From assembly GCA_038064675.1 (NCBI GenBank), contig JBBTSM010000001.1, forward strand, positions 1 to 38,445: DNA of 38,445 bases, read 5' to 3'. How positions within the stretch are numbered: position 1 is the first letter of the stretch; each line of letters starts with the position of its first letter. The position numbers were made by a program, and so were the translations under genes. Shown here one piece after another: positions 1 through 9,887 of this stretch. Under the pieces are notes generated by a model. The model worked only from the letters and a program-made list of their open reading frames with translations, did not search any database and was not told the DNA's origin. This stretch comes from Patescibacteria group bacterium (GTDB lineage: Bacteria; Patescibacteriota; Patescibacteriia; UBA9934).

Positions 1-33
1 GTTTATACATCCTGAAACCTTACCCTGTTCTGA

Positions 34-609
34 GTGAAACATCTGGGTCAGACCCGGAACGACGACGGGTCGCAGACAATGGTCGTCACCAACGCGAAGC
101 CCGTTTACACCCTTCTGAGCCCCTCGTCGGTGACCGTTTCCCCGGGAGACGACATCGTCGTGGATGTAGCGATCAGCTCGGTGGACGAGTGCGGGGAGAT
201 CGAGCTCGGCTTCCTGTACTACTTCGGGTGGTCGGGCGATGCTACGTGGGACTGGATGGGGGAGGCCGCGGCGGACATGGCCCCGTCCTCGCTCGAGATC
301 GTCGACCCGATGACGACCTTCGCCGACAGCGCTGCGTTCATCAATACGGAGTGGGATCCCAATATCCGCTACTGTTGGGACGATGAGGTCAACTGGGTCG
401 GCTGTCCTGCCGTGATCGGTACGCAGACCATTCCGGCGACGGATGAGATCGTATACCGGTTCACCTGGAAGCAGAGCGACTACGCACCGTCGGACACGTA
501 CATCCAGCTCGATCTGGAGATGGCGAGCTGGACCGACCCGGCAACGGGCGAGGTGATCGACGATTACACCACCGCGGGCTCCACCATCGTGGACGTGACC
601 ATCGAGTAG
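34..609 (+). CDS. GC-rich acidic hypothetical protein, probably 5'-truncated
   Basis: 191-aa Asp/Glu/Thr/Trp-rich ORF with mostly G/C-ending codons. In-frame TGA at 13-15 and 31-33; true start uncertain. Confidence 0.6.
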   Translation: MKHLGQTRNDDGSQTMVVTNAKPVYTLLSPSSVTVSPGDDIVVDVAISSVDECGEIELGFLYYFGWSGDATWDWMGEAAADMAPSSLEIVDPMTTFADSAAFINTEWDPNIRYCWDDEVNWVGCPAVIGTQTIPATDEIVYRFTWKQSDYAPSDTYIQLDLEMASWTDPATGEVIDDYTTAGSTIVDVTIE

Positions 610-624
610 TGCCTGAGTTCACGC

Positions 625-692
625 GCGCACCCGCGCGGCAGTTCACGGAGCAATCCGCAGAAGCGCCGCCTCCGGGTGCGCTTTTGCTTTTT
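625..692 (+). terminator. Long GC-rich hairpin with T-tract
   Basis: gcgcacccg...cgggtgcgc-ttttgcttttt, with apical cgga-GCAA-tccg loop. Confidence 0.6.
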
Positions 693-716
693 CAATTACG
701 CTATACTTCTTCCATT

Positions 717-1925
717 ATGCCGAAGCATGTTGGGGTAAAGCTCTCGTGGCACGAGCGATTGCTCTTGCTGTCGTTTTTCTTTTTTGCATTGGCGTCGCCA
801 ATATTCTTTCTCTTTACCAATACATTTCTTTGGAAGGAAAGTGCTTCGCCAACGGCAATGATTATGTACAACGGCGGAATATATTCCGGGCTTATTTTTG
901 GATTCATTGCGAATCGAACGTTGCTTCTACGCGTTTCAGCTCATGTGTTGTATAGAATTTCCTGTATCCTTCAAGGGATTGTTCCGCTGTTCCTTATTGG
1001 CTTTGCGCCAAGAGGCACGGTGAATATTGTAGGGCTGGGATTGTGTTTTGGTTTTTCGGCGGGTTTGTATTTTGCGAATCGCAATTTTTTTACATCGCTT
1101 ATTACGCAAGGGAAGCATCGGTTTGCGTTTTTGTCTCTTGATCAAGCATTAGCAACGGTAAGTGGCGTGTGCATTCCGGTTGTTGTTGGTTGGTATCTCA
1201 CATTTGCCCAGACGACTCAGCATATTCCTACGATAACCGCTTATTTGCATGCGGCAATATTTGGTTTTGTGTTGTTGTTTGTTTCAGCGATCTTTTTCCG
1301 TGTCCCTGACGATGTGCCACAACACACACCTCGGCGCGTGTTTGTGGCGCATGCGTCTCGGCGATGGAATGCGGTCCGGCTCATGGATTTTATCGGCGGC
1401 CTTGCGCACGGCGTTTTTATGACGATTCCGCTTGTGGTGGCGCTGACGGTTTTGAGCACGGAAGTATCGATTGGAAAATTACAAAGCGGAGCGACAATCA
1501 TTGGTGCGCTGTCTATCTATCTTGTGGGGAAATATCGATCGAAGATTCCTCACGGAACGTTACTCGGTGTGTGGCTTTTATGTTCGACAATTGCCGGCGG
1601 TCTTGTGGCGTATGTATTTTCCACGTGGAGTGTCATTATTTCCGCAATTCTCATGGGCGCAGTCGGTCCCCTGTATCGGACTTCAACGGCGCATTTGATG
1701 TATGAGGCCGTAGATAGAGAGTCGAATGACGATCGAGCGAGTTACTTACTTGATCGGGAAATATTTCTCGATGGAGGACGAGTTATCGCGCTCATTGGTT
1801 GTGGGTACGCGCTATTATTCTCGTTCGATTTCACATTACGATACGGATACCTTTGTGCGTCGGTAGTAAACGCTGCGCTTCTCATTGCCGCCCTTCGGGT
1901 TTCGCGATATCTCCGTACTGCGTAG
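717..1925 (+). CDS. MFS-like transporter (about 12 TM)
   Basis: Many hydrophobic helices in two halves. ATG at 717 lies 9 nt after TATACT; the ORF-track extension to 609 runs through the terminator. Confidence 0.7.
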   Translation: MPKHVGVKLSWHERLLLLSFFFFALASPIFFLFTNTFLWKESASPTAMIMYNGGIYSGLIFGFIANRTLLLRVSAHVLYRISCILQGIVPLFLIGFAPRGTVNIVGLGLCFGFSAGLYFANRNFFTSLITQGKHRFAFLSLDQALATVSGVCIPVVVGWYLTFAQTTQHIPTITAYLHAAIFGFVLLFVSAIFFRVPDDVPQHTPRRVFVAHASRRWNAVRLMDFIGGLAHGVFMTIPLVVALTVLSTEVSIGKLQSGATIIGALSIYLVGKYRSKIPHGTLLGVWLLCSTIAGGLVAYVFSTWSVIISAILMGAVGPLYRTSTAHLMYEAVDRESNDDRASYLLDREIFLDGGRVIALIGCGYALLFSFDFTLRYGYLCASVVNAALLIAALRVSRYLRTA

Positions 1926-1939
1926 CGTATACTTTGTGT

Positions 1940-4480
1940 ATGTCTCCGCTTTTGCCGTTTCATGCTATTGAGGCCCACGACGCGCTGCTTTCGCTGCGTT
2001 CTTCGATGTCGGGGCTGTTGTCAAGCGACGCGCGGAATCGCTTGAATGGTGCAACAGTGTGGAGCGTAGCTCCGCCAAAACCGCAGAGCGTCTTCCGTTT
2101 GCTTTGGAAGCAGTGCCAAAGCCCGTTTATCGTTATTCTTCTTGTCGCCATTGGTATTTCGTGGTGGACGGGGGAGATTCTCGATGCCGTGGTGACATTT
2201 GCGATTGTTTTTGTAAATGTTGGCTTAGGATTTTTTCAAGAGTTTCATGCCGACAGGGAATTTTTTGCGCTCCAGCAATATTTGCCAAAGCGCGTCACGG
2301 TTCGACGTGATGGCGCGAGCGTGACGATTCCTGCTGAGGCGCTTGTTCCTGGCGACGTGGCGCTGTTTCGTGCTGGGCAAAACATTGTGTGCGACGGGCG
2401 CATCCTCGACGCAACACGCTGTTCAGTGAATGAGGCAGCGCTTTCTGGAGAATCGGCTGCTGTGGAAAAGCAAGCGGCGGTGTGCGTTGCGACGATTGGT
2501 ATTTTTGCGCGAACAAACATGGTGTACGCCGGAACATCGATGCTGACAGGTCAGGCGACAGTGCTCGTCACTGCGCTTGGCTCTCAAACAGAGTTTGGGA
2601 AAATCGGTGCCATGACGATGAATGTTGTAGAGCGCCAAACGCCACTGGAAGGCGAAATACATCGCGTCTCACGATTACTGACTGTCTTTGTGCTGATTCT
2701 TGCTGCGGTCGTCCTCGTTGCAGCGTTGCTTCGAGGCGACCAGCTCATGTTTGCACTGTCGCTTTCTGCGGCGCTTGCAATTGCCGCGATTCCCGAGGGG
2801 CTGCCGATGACGCTGACCGTGCTGCTTTCTGCGGCAATGCGCAGAATGTTTCATCGAGGGGTGTTGGTGCGGCACTTGAACGCCACAGAGGCACTCGGGT
2901 GTGTAAACGTGTTGTGTGTTGATAAAACGGGAACGCTTACGACCGGCGTGATGTCTGTTGTGGAGGTGAAGGCGCAAAAACCCGATCTTTTGCCTGCGCT
3001 TGGCTGTTTTGCAACGATCCACGCAGAAACAGGCGATGGTGCGTTTGCTGGTGCTGCAACCGCAGATGCGGTGATGCGTTACGTTCGCGATACGACGGGA
3101 TTGAAGAAAATGTCGTCTACCGCAACGATTCCATTCGACCCGACGTATCGAATGAGCGCATGTCTTCAGCAGGGCGCTGATCGAATCGCGTATGTGATGG
3201 GCGCTCCGGACGTTGTGGTGAGCCGATGTGATGTTCGCGATGCTGAGCGTGCGCAGCTGTTGAAAAGTGTCGACGAGATGGCAGCTCGGGGTTTGCGAGT
3301 GATCGCTGTTGCATCGTCTGCACTCGGGAACCGAACCTTTGCTATCGATTCCTTTCGTGATGGAAGGATCCTTGGCTTGCTCGGTATCGAAGATCCGCTT
3401 CGCGAAAGCGTTCCCGCGGCAATCGCTAGCGCTGCTCGCGCCGGGATTCGTACGATGATGATGACGGGGGATCATCCAGAAACTGCGAAGAATATTGCTA
3501 TGCAAGCATTCGGGCCCCACGACCTTGTGGTAGCACTTGGTGCAGACTTTGCGGCAATGCCGGCGCCTGATCGTCTGCGTGCAGTTATGCATACTACGGT
3601 GTTTGCACGCATGCTTCCTGAGCACAAACTTCTTGTCGTCGAAGCGCTGCATGCGAATGGTATGCGCGTGGCAATGACTGGCGACGGCGTGAACGATGCA
3701 CCAGCGCTAAAGGCGGCAGATGTTGGTATCGCCGTTGGCCACGCTACAGAGGTCGCAAAGGAATCGTCCGATCTTGTGCTGATTGATGGAGACTTTGGAA
3801 ATATCACTGCCGCTATCGCGGAAGGGCGCACCGTATTTACGAATGCAAGGAACGTTACGATTTTTCTGCTTGCGCTTGGCCTTGGAGAAACGTTCGGCGT
3901 GCTTGTTGCGTTCGTGTTTTCCATGTCTCCGTTTCTGACGCCGCTCCTTATCTTGTGGCTGAATGTTGTGACAGACGGAATCCCCGCGATTTTTTTTGCG
4001 TTCGAGGGTGCAGATCACAGGGCAATGATCGAGAATCCTCGTTCGCCAAACGACGGACTGGTGTCGGCAGACATTCGGGCCTTTCTGTATTTTTCCTCCG
4101 TCATTTTGCTCCTGGTGTTGTGCGGGTTCCTTGTGTTCCTTCGATCATCGTCCATGAATGTGATGGCTATACTCACGATGAGCTACGTGTTTATTGGTGT
4201 ACTTGGCCTGTGTTTTGTCTTTGTGACGCGTTCGCTCCGAACATCAATCGTGAAGAATATGTTTGCGAAAACACCGCTATGGATTGGGGTGATTGTTGGT
4301 GCGGTATTTCTTGTGCTGCCCCTTGCTGTGCCTACGCTTCGGAATTTCTTTGGTCTTGTTGAGCTTTCGGTTCCGATGATTGGTGTGGTGTGCGGCGCGA
4401 TCGTCCTTGTTCTGCTTCCGCTCGATATCGCAAAGAAACGGTTCGTGCACCGCGCGAGCACGTCACGTTTGGTATCATAA
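1940..4480 (+). CDS. Cation-transporting P-type ATPase (type II, Ca2+-pump-like)
   Basis: Motifs LSGES, IPEGLP, DKTGTLT, MMTGDH, TGDGVNDAPALK and ILWLNVVTDGIPA. Confidence 0.93.
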   Translation: MSPLLPFHAIEAHDALLSLRSSMSGLLSSDARNRLNGATVWSVAPPKPQSVFRLLWKQCQSPFIVILLVAIGISWWTGEILDAVVTFAIVFVNVGLGFFQEFHADREFFALQQYLPKRVTVRRDGASVTIPAEALVPGDVALFRAGQNIVCDGRILDATRCSVNEAALSGESAAVEKQAAVCVATIGIFARTNMVYAGTSMLTGQATVLVTALGSQTEFGKIGAMTMNVVERQTPLEGEIHRVSRLLTVFVLILAAVVLVAALLRGDQLMFALSLSAALAIAAIPEGLPMTLTVLLSAAMRRMFHRGVLVRHLNATEALGCVNVLCVDKTGTLTTGVMSVVEVKAQKPDLLPALGCFATIHAETGDGAFAGAATADAVMRYVRDTTGLKKMSSTATIPFDPTYRMSACLQQGADRIAYVMGAPDVVVSRCDVRDAERAQLLKSVDEMAARGLRVIAVASSALGNRTFAIDSFRDGRILGLLGIEDPLRESVPAAIASAARAGIRTMMMTGDHPETAKNIAMQAFGPHDLVVALGADFAAMPAPDRLRAVMHTTVFARMLPEHKLLVVEALHANGMRVAMTGDGVNDAPALKAADVGIAVGHATEVAKESSDLVLIDGDFGNITAAIAEGRTVFTNARNVTIFLLALGLGETFGVLVAFVFSMSPFLTPLLILWLNVVTDGIPAIFFAFEGADHRAMIENPRSPNDGLVSADIRAFLYFSSVILLLVLCGFLVFLRSSSMNVMAILTMSYVFIGVLGLCFVFVTRSLRTSIVKNMFAKTPLWIGVIVGAVFLVLPLAVPTLRNFFGLVELSVPMIGVVCGAIVLVLLPLDIAKKRFVHRASTSRLVS

Positions 4481-4486
4481 AGCAAT

Positions 4487-5944
4487 ATGGATCTCTCCAG
4501 CATCCACAATTTTCAAGACGCAGTCGTAACGGTGATGGGTTTGGGCCGATACAAACGGGGGAGTGGTATGGGCGCAACAAAGTGGTTGGTGCGACATGGC
4601 GCACAAACGGTCATTACGGACCTGAAGAATGCGGACGAATTGAAGGAATCCGTGACGATTATCATGGATTGGTATCGGCGGTATCGAGAGTTGTATCCAG
4701 ATCGCACACTCTACCAGCCCGTGTTTGTGCTGGGCGAGCACCGGAAGGACGATTTTTTGAATGTGGATTGCGTAGTGCAGAACCCGGGCGTTCCGAGTGA
4801 GTCGGAATATATCGTCGCTGCAAAAGAACAAAATGTTCCGATTGAATCCGATGTAAGTTTGTTCTTCCGCTTCTATCAGCAACCGATTATTGCAGTCACG
4901 GGAACAAAGGGGAAAACGACAACAACGTTGTTGCTTGCGGAGATGATGAAACGAAAGGACGAGAAGGCGGTTGTGGCGGGGAATATCAAAGTGTCGCCGC
5001 TCGAGCACCTCGACGAGCTCATCGAAGAGCCGAATGCGATTCCGGTGGTACTCGAACTGTCGTCGTGGATACTGGAATCGCTGCCACAAGCATTCGCCGA
5101 TATCAAACGCGGCCCAGCAATATCGATTCTTACGAATGTGTATCCAGATCATTTGGATCGCTATCCTTCGTTTGAGGCATACACCGCAAGCAAGCGGATT
5201 ATTTTCGAGCATCAAACGCCGGATCAGTACACGCTGTTGAATGCCGATCACGAATTAGTGAAGAGCATGGCACCTCTCGTCAAAGGAAAGCTGTTCTGGT
5301 TCTCGAAAGATCCTCGTGAAGAAAATGGGTGCTACATGAACAATGGCAACGTGGTGTTTCGGAACAATGGCGCAGAGACCATCGTGATTTCGGCCGCTGA
5401 TGTTGCGCTGAAAGGCAGCCACAACATTGAGAACATTTTGTCTGCAACGTGCGCGGCGATGTTGTCGGATGTTTCTGTTGGCGACATTGCTGATGTGTTA
5501 CGGCACTTTGAAGGCGTCGTTGATCGGCAGGAAATGGTGCGCGAGATTGATGAGATTACGTACATCAACGACACGGCCGCCACTGGTCCAGACGCGGTGA
5601 TTGCGGCGCTTCGTCGATTTGGGACGGAGAAGAAGGATATTGTGCTGATTGCTGGAGGTGTGAATAAAAAGCTTGCATATGAGGGCTTGGGGGAGGAAAT
5701 TGTGAAGGCGTGTAAGGCAGTGTTCCTGTTTCCCGGTGATGCGTCGGATTTGTTGTATGCGGCAATCAAGAGCCGTATTCCGGTAACGATGGTGAAAAGT
5801 ATGAAAGAAGCGGTGCAGGGTGCTCATACCGCCGCCGTTCGTGGTGATACTGTGCTGCTCTCCCCGGGTGCTGCAAGTTTTAATCTGTTCCGCAACGAAT
5901 TCGAACGCGGCGAACAGTTCCGGGAGGAAGTACGGAATTTGTAA
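4487..5944 (+). CDS. murD: UDP-N-acetylmuramoyl-L-alanine--D-glutamate ligase
   Basis: Motifs VMGLG, NPGVP, AVTGTKGKTTTT, ELSSW, NVYPDHLDRY, LIAGG and LLSPGAASF..F.NEFERGEQF. Confidence 0.93.
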   Translation: MDLSSIHNFQDAVVTVMGLGRYKRGSGMGATKWLVRHGAQTVITDLKNADELKESVTIIMDWYRRYRELYPDRTLYQPVFVLGEHRKDDFLNVDCVVQNPGVPSESEYIVAAKEQNVPIESDVSLFFRFYQQPIIAVTGTKGKTTTTLLLAEMMKRKDEKAVVAGNIKVSPLEHLDELIEEPNAIPVVLELSSWILESLPQAFADIKRGPAISILTNVYPDHLDRYPSFEAYTASKRIIFEHQTPDQYTLLNADHELVKSMAPLVKGKLFWFSKDPREENGCYMNNGNVVFRNNGAETIVISAADVALKGSHNIENILSATCAAMLSDVSVGDIADVLRHFEGVVDRQEMVREIDEITYINDTAATGPDAVIAALRRFGTEKKDIVLIAGGVNKKLAYEGLGEEIVKACKAVFLFPGDASDLLYAAIKSRIPVTMVKSMKEAVQGAHTAAVRGDTVLLSPGAASFNLFRNEFERGEQFREEVRNL

Positions 5945-5949
5945 CTTTT

Positions 5950-6124
5950 TTCAGTCATCCTCGCGTAGGCGGGGATCCAGAGCATTGCTCGCTGGTGGCT
6001 CGGATACATTCTTCTGCACTCCGCGCGAATCCCCTACGCTGCACGTCTCACTATCGTTCGACTGCAGCTGAGGGGCGCGTGCTCGTTGGAAGAATGTATC
6101 CTCGCCGCTGGCGCTCGCGATGTC
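5950..6124 (+). repeat. Family B element copy 1 (GTCATCC..GGATCCAG palindrome plus long hairpin)
   Basis: ttcagtcatcctcgcgtaggcggggatccag followed by a hairpin with perfect 13-bp stem 6002-6014/6089-6101. Homologous to the reverse complement of 25146-25326. Confidence 0.85.
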
Positions 6125-6127
6125 ATT

Positions 6128-6184
6128 TCACTCGCTCAATTTGCTTAAGGGTAATCCCGATCGCCCAAGCGCAGCGATCGCTCA
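6128..6184 (+). repeat. Family D four-box leader motif copy 1
   Basis: tcgctca-ttgcttaa-[ggg taat ccc]-tcgcccaa-[gcgcagc]-tcgctca, ending 11 nt before the murE ATG. Confidence 0.8.
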
Positions 6185-6195
6185 TCATCTCCCAC

Positions 6196-7524
6196 ATGTC
6201 TCTCCTCCGCAAAATCAAATCCCTTGTTCCATCGCCAATCGTGGCGCAGTACCATCATGCTCTCGCAGGAATCGCTGAGGTTGTTTATCGTCATCCGTCG
6301 GATGAGATGATTGTTGTTGGCGTGACGGGAACGAGTGGAAAGTCCTAAACCGTGAGTTTCTTGGCGCAGATTTTAACAACACTTGGGTATACCGTTGGAT
6401 ACACCTCGACGGCGGGGTTCAACATCGCCGGGAAGGACACAGTGAACGCGATGAAAATGACGATGCCTGGGCGATTCACGTTGCAGCGGCTACTCCGATC
6501 GATGGTGGATGCGAAGTGTACCGTGGCGATTGTGGAAACGTCGTCGCAAGGACTGATCCAATATCGGCATGTCGGCGTGAATTACGACGTGGCGTTGTTC
6601 ACGAAGCTCACCCCAGAACACATTGAGGCGCATGGCGGATTTGAAAACTATAAAAAAGCGAAGGGGATTTTGTTTAAACACCTTACTGCGAGATCGAAGA
6701 AGACGGTCGGCGGGAAATTGATTCCAAAGGTGAATGTCGTAAATACCGACGACGAACATGCCGCATATTACGCTTCCTTCCGCGCAGACCGACGCATCGG
6801 ATTTGGTTTTTCTGGAACGCCAGGCACGGATCAGCTTGTTGCATACGTTGAACATCACGACCGTGAACGTGGTGTGACATTATCGGTGAACGGGGTAGAA
6901 ACATCGCTTTCGTTGATGGCCGACTTCGAACATAAGAACGCGCTTGCCGCCGTTGCTGGTGCAGTGGCGATTGGTGTTCCGCTGGCCGACGCCATGCGTG
7001 CTGCTGCGTTGTTGCATTCTGTTCCTGGCAGATTTGAGAGTATTGAGGCGGGTCAGCCGTTCATGGTTATTGTAGACTTCGCATTCGAACCTTTTGCGTT
7101 GCAGGCGTTGTATCGATCGTTGCCACCAGGCCGCACCGGTCGAATCATCGGCGTCCATGGCTCCACGGGCGGTGGACGAGACGCGGCTCGACGCGTGGAA
7201 ATTGGTCGCCTTGCCGCACAGAATGAGGACATCGTCATCGTCACGAATGAAGATCCGTACGACGAAGATCCACGAGTCATCATCGACGCTGTTGCTGCTG
7301 GTGCACGAACACATGGGAAGATCGATGACGAAACGCTTTTTGTGATCGATGATCGGCGCGAGGCGATTGAAAAGGCAATGCACATCGCGCGAACTGGAGA
7401 TATTGTATTGATTACGGGAAAGGGATCGGAGCCGGTGATGGTCGTTGCGAGTGGAAAGATTCCATGGGACGACCGTGATGAGGCGCGGCGCGCTTTGGCG
7501 AAGTCTGGCTATTCCGTCCTATGA
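6196..7524 (+). pseudogene. murE: MurE ligase interrupted by in-frame TAA at 6346-6348 (nonsense allele or sequence error)
   Basis: One frame reads ...VVGVTGTSGKS*TVSFL..., then KMTMPGRF, ETSSQG, LTPEHIEAHGGFENY, VPGRFE, VTNEDPYDEDP and LITGKGSE. Confidence 0.85.
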
Positions 7525-8000
7525 TCCAGCGAAAGTTTTTTACGCTTGAACCAGACGAGGAATTTCTTGGCGTGATCCGCCCGAGTTTGTGGTTGCTGAC
7601 TCCGCGGATTCTTTCTGCATTGGTATTGATTGTGTTCCCGTTTGCGTTCTGGTCGTCGCTGCTGTACCTCGGCGTGCTGTTCGGCGGATTGCTCGCGGCG
7701 ATTTCGCTGGTCATCGGAACAACTCAGCTTCGCGATACGCGCCGGCAGTATTTGGAGAACGGCATTTACATTACCTCTCGTCGCGCGATTGATGTTCATG
7801 CGAAACGGAAATCGTTTCATGCCACGGAGCTTTCGTGGAATGTTGTGGAGAAGATTGTTGCGATGCGAAAAGGCTTTTCGTCAATGATCGGCTACGGCCA
7901 TGTGTGCATTCGCGGTGCAGACGAAGATGGATTTTCATTGATTGTTGGCCCGGTGTGGAAGCCGGATCTCGTTATTGGTGCCCTGCCTAAGGTACAATAG
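7521..8000 (+). CDS. Two-TM membrane protein with bacterial PH-like domain
   Basis: L.PDEE....IRP, two TM helices, YITSRRAID and GYGHVCI pattern; ATGA overlap with murE. Confidence 0.6.
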   Translation: MIQRKFFTLEPDEEFLGVIRPSLWLLTPRILSALVLIVFPFAFWSSLLYLGVLFGGLLAAISLVIGTTQLRDTRRQYLENGIYITSRRAIDVHAKRKSFHATELSWNVVEKIVAMRKGFSSMIGYGHVCIRGADEDGFSLIVGPVWKPDLVIGALPKVQ

Positions 8001-8008
8001 CCGGAGAT

Positions 8009-8413
8009 ATGAACGATCGCCCGGTTCGGCATAGGTCGAAGTTTCGTGTCGCGGTGATTCTTCCCGTGGTGTTGTTGTTGCTTGTGGGGTTTGGATTTGG
8101 CGAGGAGTATTTGCGGAATCGGGAAATTGAAGATCAAATCGCCCAAATGCAGGCGGAAAACGCAAAGCTCGATGCGGATCGGTTGTCCTCCCTGAAGCTT
8201 ATTGATACATTGTCCAGTTCGTATTACGTGGAAAGCGAGGCGCGCCAGAGTGGCATGGGGAAAAACGGCGAACAACTGATTATTGTTCAAGACGGGTCGG
8301 CGAACACGGACGCTGCAGTCCCTGCGGTATCGCACGACGACGTACCGAACCCGGTACGGTGGTTTGACTATTTCTTTGATCACGAGGCTTTTACTGCACT
8401 GCAGAACGTATGA
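8009..8413 (+). CDS. Septum formation initiator (FtsB/DivIC family)
   Basis: TM helix, coiled coil, YVESEARQSGMGKNGE motif and C-terminal NPVRWFDYFF. Confidence 0.8.
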   Translation: MNDRPVRHRSKFRVAVILPVVLLLLVGFGFGEEYLRNREIEDQIAQMQAENAKLDADRLSSLKLIDTLSSSYYVESEARQSGMGKNGEQLIIVQDGSANTDAAVPAVSHDDVPNPVRWFDYFFDHEAFTALQNV

Positions 8414-9303
8414 CCGTGGTATGGCATCACGAACATCACGTTCATGAGCGTCATGTTGCTCCGGAGCGCTCCCGTATTGTGTGGTGGGCGCTTGGCGCTG
8501 TGGTGATTTTGAGCGTGGTTGCGGGCGGTGGATGGTTTTTTTGGAAAGGGTGGCGCAGCGGATCGTTCCCCGCGATTCTTGAGCGTACGTTATTTGTGCC
8601 GATTGGATTTGAAGACGGCCACGTGCTGTGGTTCTCGAGTGTTGCCCGACTTGCCCGTGGCATTGCTGCTGCCGACGGACGATCCGCGGTTTCTGAGGCA
8701 GACTATGCGCAGGCCATTGATGCCATGGTTCGCCGTCATGCGCTTGAGGATATTGCGTCGGAAGAACACGTGAATGTTTCCAATGCCGATGTATCCGCGG
8801 CGGTTGAGTGGACGGACGATATTCGATCGTTTGAGACATTGGCCGGATGGAGCGACGGTGAATACTTGAAATACATTCAGCGTTCATTTGTATTGTCTAC
8901 CGCGGTGCAGAGTGCGTTGCATACGAGCGAGGTGTATCAAGCGGGAGCGCGTGACCGCATAGCGGACATTCAGGCGAAGCTGACGTTGGGCATTGCGTTT
9001 GAAGACGTTGCAAAAGAATATTCTGAGGATCCTGCAACAGCGCAGATTAAAGGAAGCTTTGGCTACGTCTTGCCGTCCGAAGTTGATGCGACATTCGCTC
9101 CGGCATTTCTGCTTCCAACGAACACGGTGTCTGATGTGATTGTGACCAGCGACGCCTATTGGTTGCTTCGTATTGAGGACGCGGTGACCGACGATAGCGG
9201 TACCCGATACTTGCTGAGGGGGATTGCGATAAAGAAGGGAACTCTCGCCGACATTCTCGATGAACGAACCTCGGGAATTGCTCCAAGTCTTTGGGTGAGA
9301 TAA
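8410..9303 (+). CDS. Membrane-anchored parvulin-type peptidyl-prolyl isomerase (PrsA/SurA-like)
   Basis: N-terminal TM; parvulin segment FEDVAKEYSEDP..A..KGSFGY and VSDVIVTSDAYWLLRI. Confidence 0.75.
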   Translation: MTVVWHHEHHVHERHVAPERSRIVWWALGAVVILSVVAGGGWFFWKGWRSGSFPAILERTLFVPIGFEDGHVLWFSSVARLARGIAAADGRSAVSEADYAQAIDAMVRRHALEDIASEEHVNVSNADVSAAVEWTDDIRSFETLAGWSDGEYLKYIQRSFVLSTAVQSALHTSEVYQAGARDRIADIQAKLTLGIAFEDVAKEYSEDPATAQIKGSFGYVLPSEVDATFAPAFLLPTNTVSDVIVTSDAYWLLRIEDAVTDDSGTRYLLRGIAIKKGTLADILDERTSGIAPSLWVR

Positions 9304-9358
9304 CGGTGCATTCTTCGCTTTACGGCAAAGAGCGTTCATGATATAAAATTGCCCGCGT

Positions 9359-9433
9359 GCAGGAGTAGTTCAGTGGTAGAACGTCTGCTTCCCAAGCAGA
9401 AGGTCGCGGGTTCGATCCCCGTCTCCTGCTCCA
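9359..9433 (+). tRNA. tRNA-Gly(CCC)
   Basis: Acceptor stem GCAGGAG/CTCCTGC, anticodon arm tctgc-tt-CCC-aa-gcaga, TTCGA loop, encoded CCA. Confidence 0.96.
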
Positions 9434-9445
9434 AGAAATCATCAC

Positions 9446-9548
9446 TATTTGGCTCATTTTCGACTCGTGACATCGCAAACTTTTTCAACGTACCGAGAAG
9501 TACGTCTCAAAAGCTTTGCTCGTCACTCATCGAAACTGATCACAAATA
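9446..9548 (-). repeat. Family A hairpin copy 1
   Basis: Minus-strand core ga-gacgtac-ttctcg-gtacgtt-ga; locus-specific flanking stem extends to about 9435-9559. Confidence 0.9.
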
Positions 9549-9640
9549 TTGACGATTTCGTCCGCAGAACCTTTCAGAGTCTTTATCGAATCGACAAAGA
9601 CTGCAAAATGTATTAAGTTTGTTCAGACTTGGAACGTCGC

Positions 9641-9743
9641 CATTTGAGACCATTTTCGATAAACGAGGAGCAAAGTTCGCGAGGCGTACTTCACGGTACG
9701 TTGAGCGAATTTGCGACGCAGTGAGTCGAAAAGAGGCCAAATG
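9641..9743 (+). repeat. Family A hairpin copy 2
   Basis: Core ga-ggcgtac-ttcacg-gtacgtt-ga; flanks ggaacg.../...cgttcc. Confidence 0.9.
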
Positions 9744-9757
9744 GTGCCGTTCCACGT

Positions 9758-9833
9758 GCCATTTTAGCTCAGCTGGTAGAGCAATGCTTTCGTAAAGCAG
9801 AGGTCCCGGGTTCGATTCCCGGAAATGGCTCCA
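9758..9833 (+). tRNA. tRNA-Thr(CGT)
   Basis: Acceptor stem GCCATTT/AAATGGC, anticodon loop tt-CGT-aa, TTCGA loop, encoded CCA. Confidence 0.95.
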
Positions 9834-9839
9834 AGAAAT

Positions 9840-9864
9840 CCCCCGATCCTATCGGGGGTTTTTT
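9840..9864 (+). terminator. Intrinsic terminator after tRNA-Thr
   Basis: cccccgat-cct-atcggggg-tttttt. Confidence 0.8.
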
Positions 9865-9887
9865 GTTTCGAGTACAATGAGTGCAGT

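Noticed and set aside
6346-6348. Selenocysteine, pyrrolysine or genome-wide stop reassignment in murE
   Set aside because: The codon is TAA, which is a normal stop in murD, dnaB, rsmH and others here; the expected residue is Ser or Thr.
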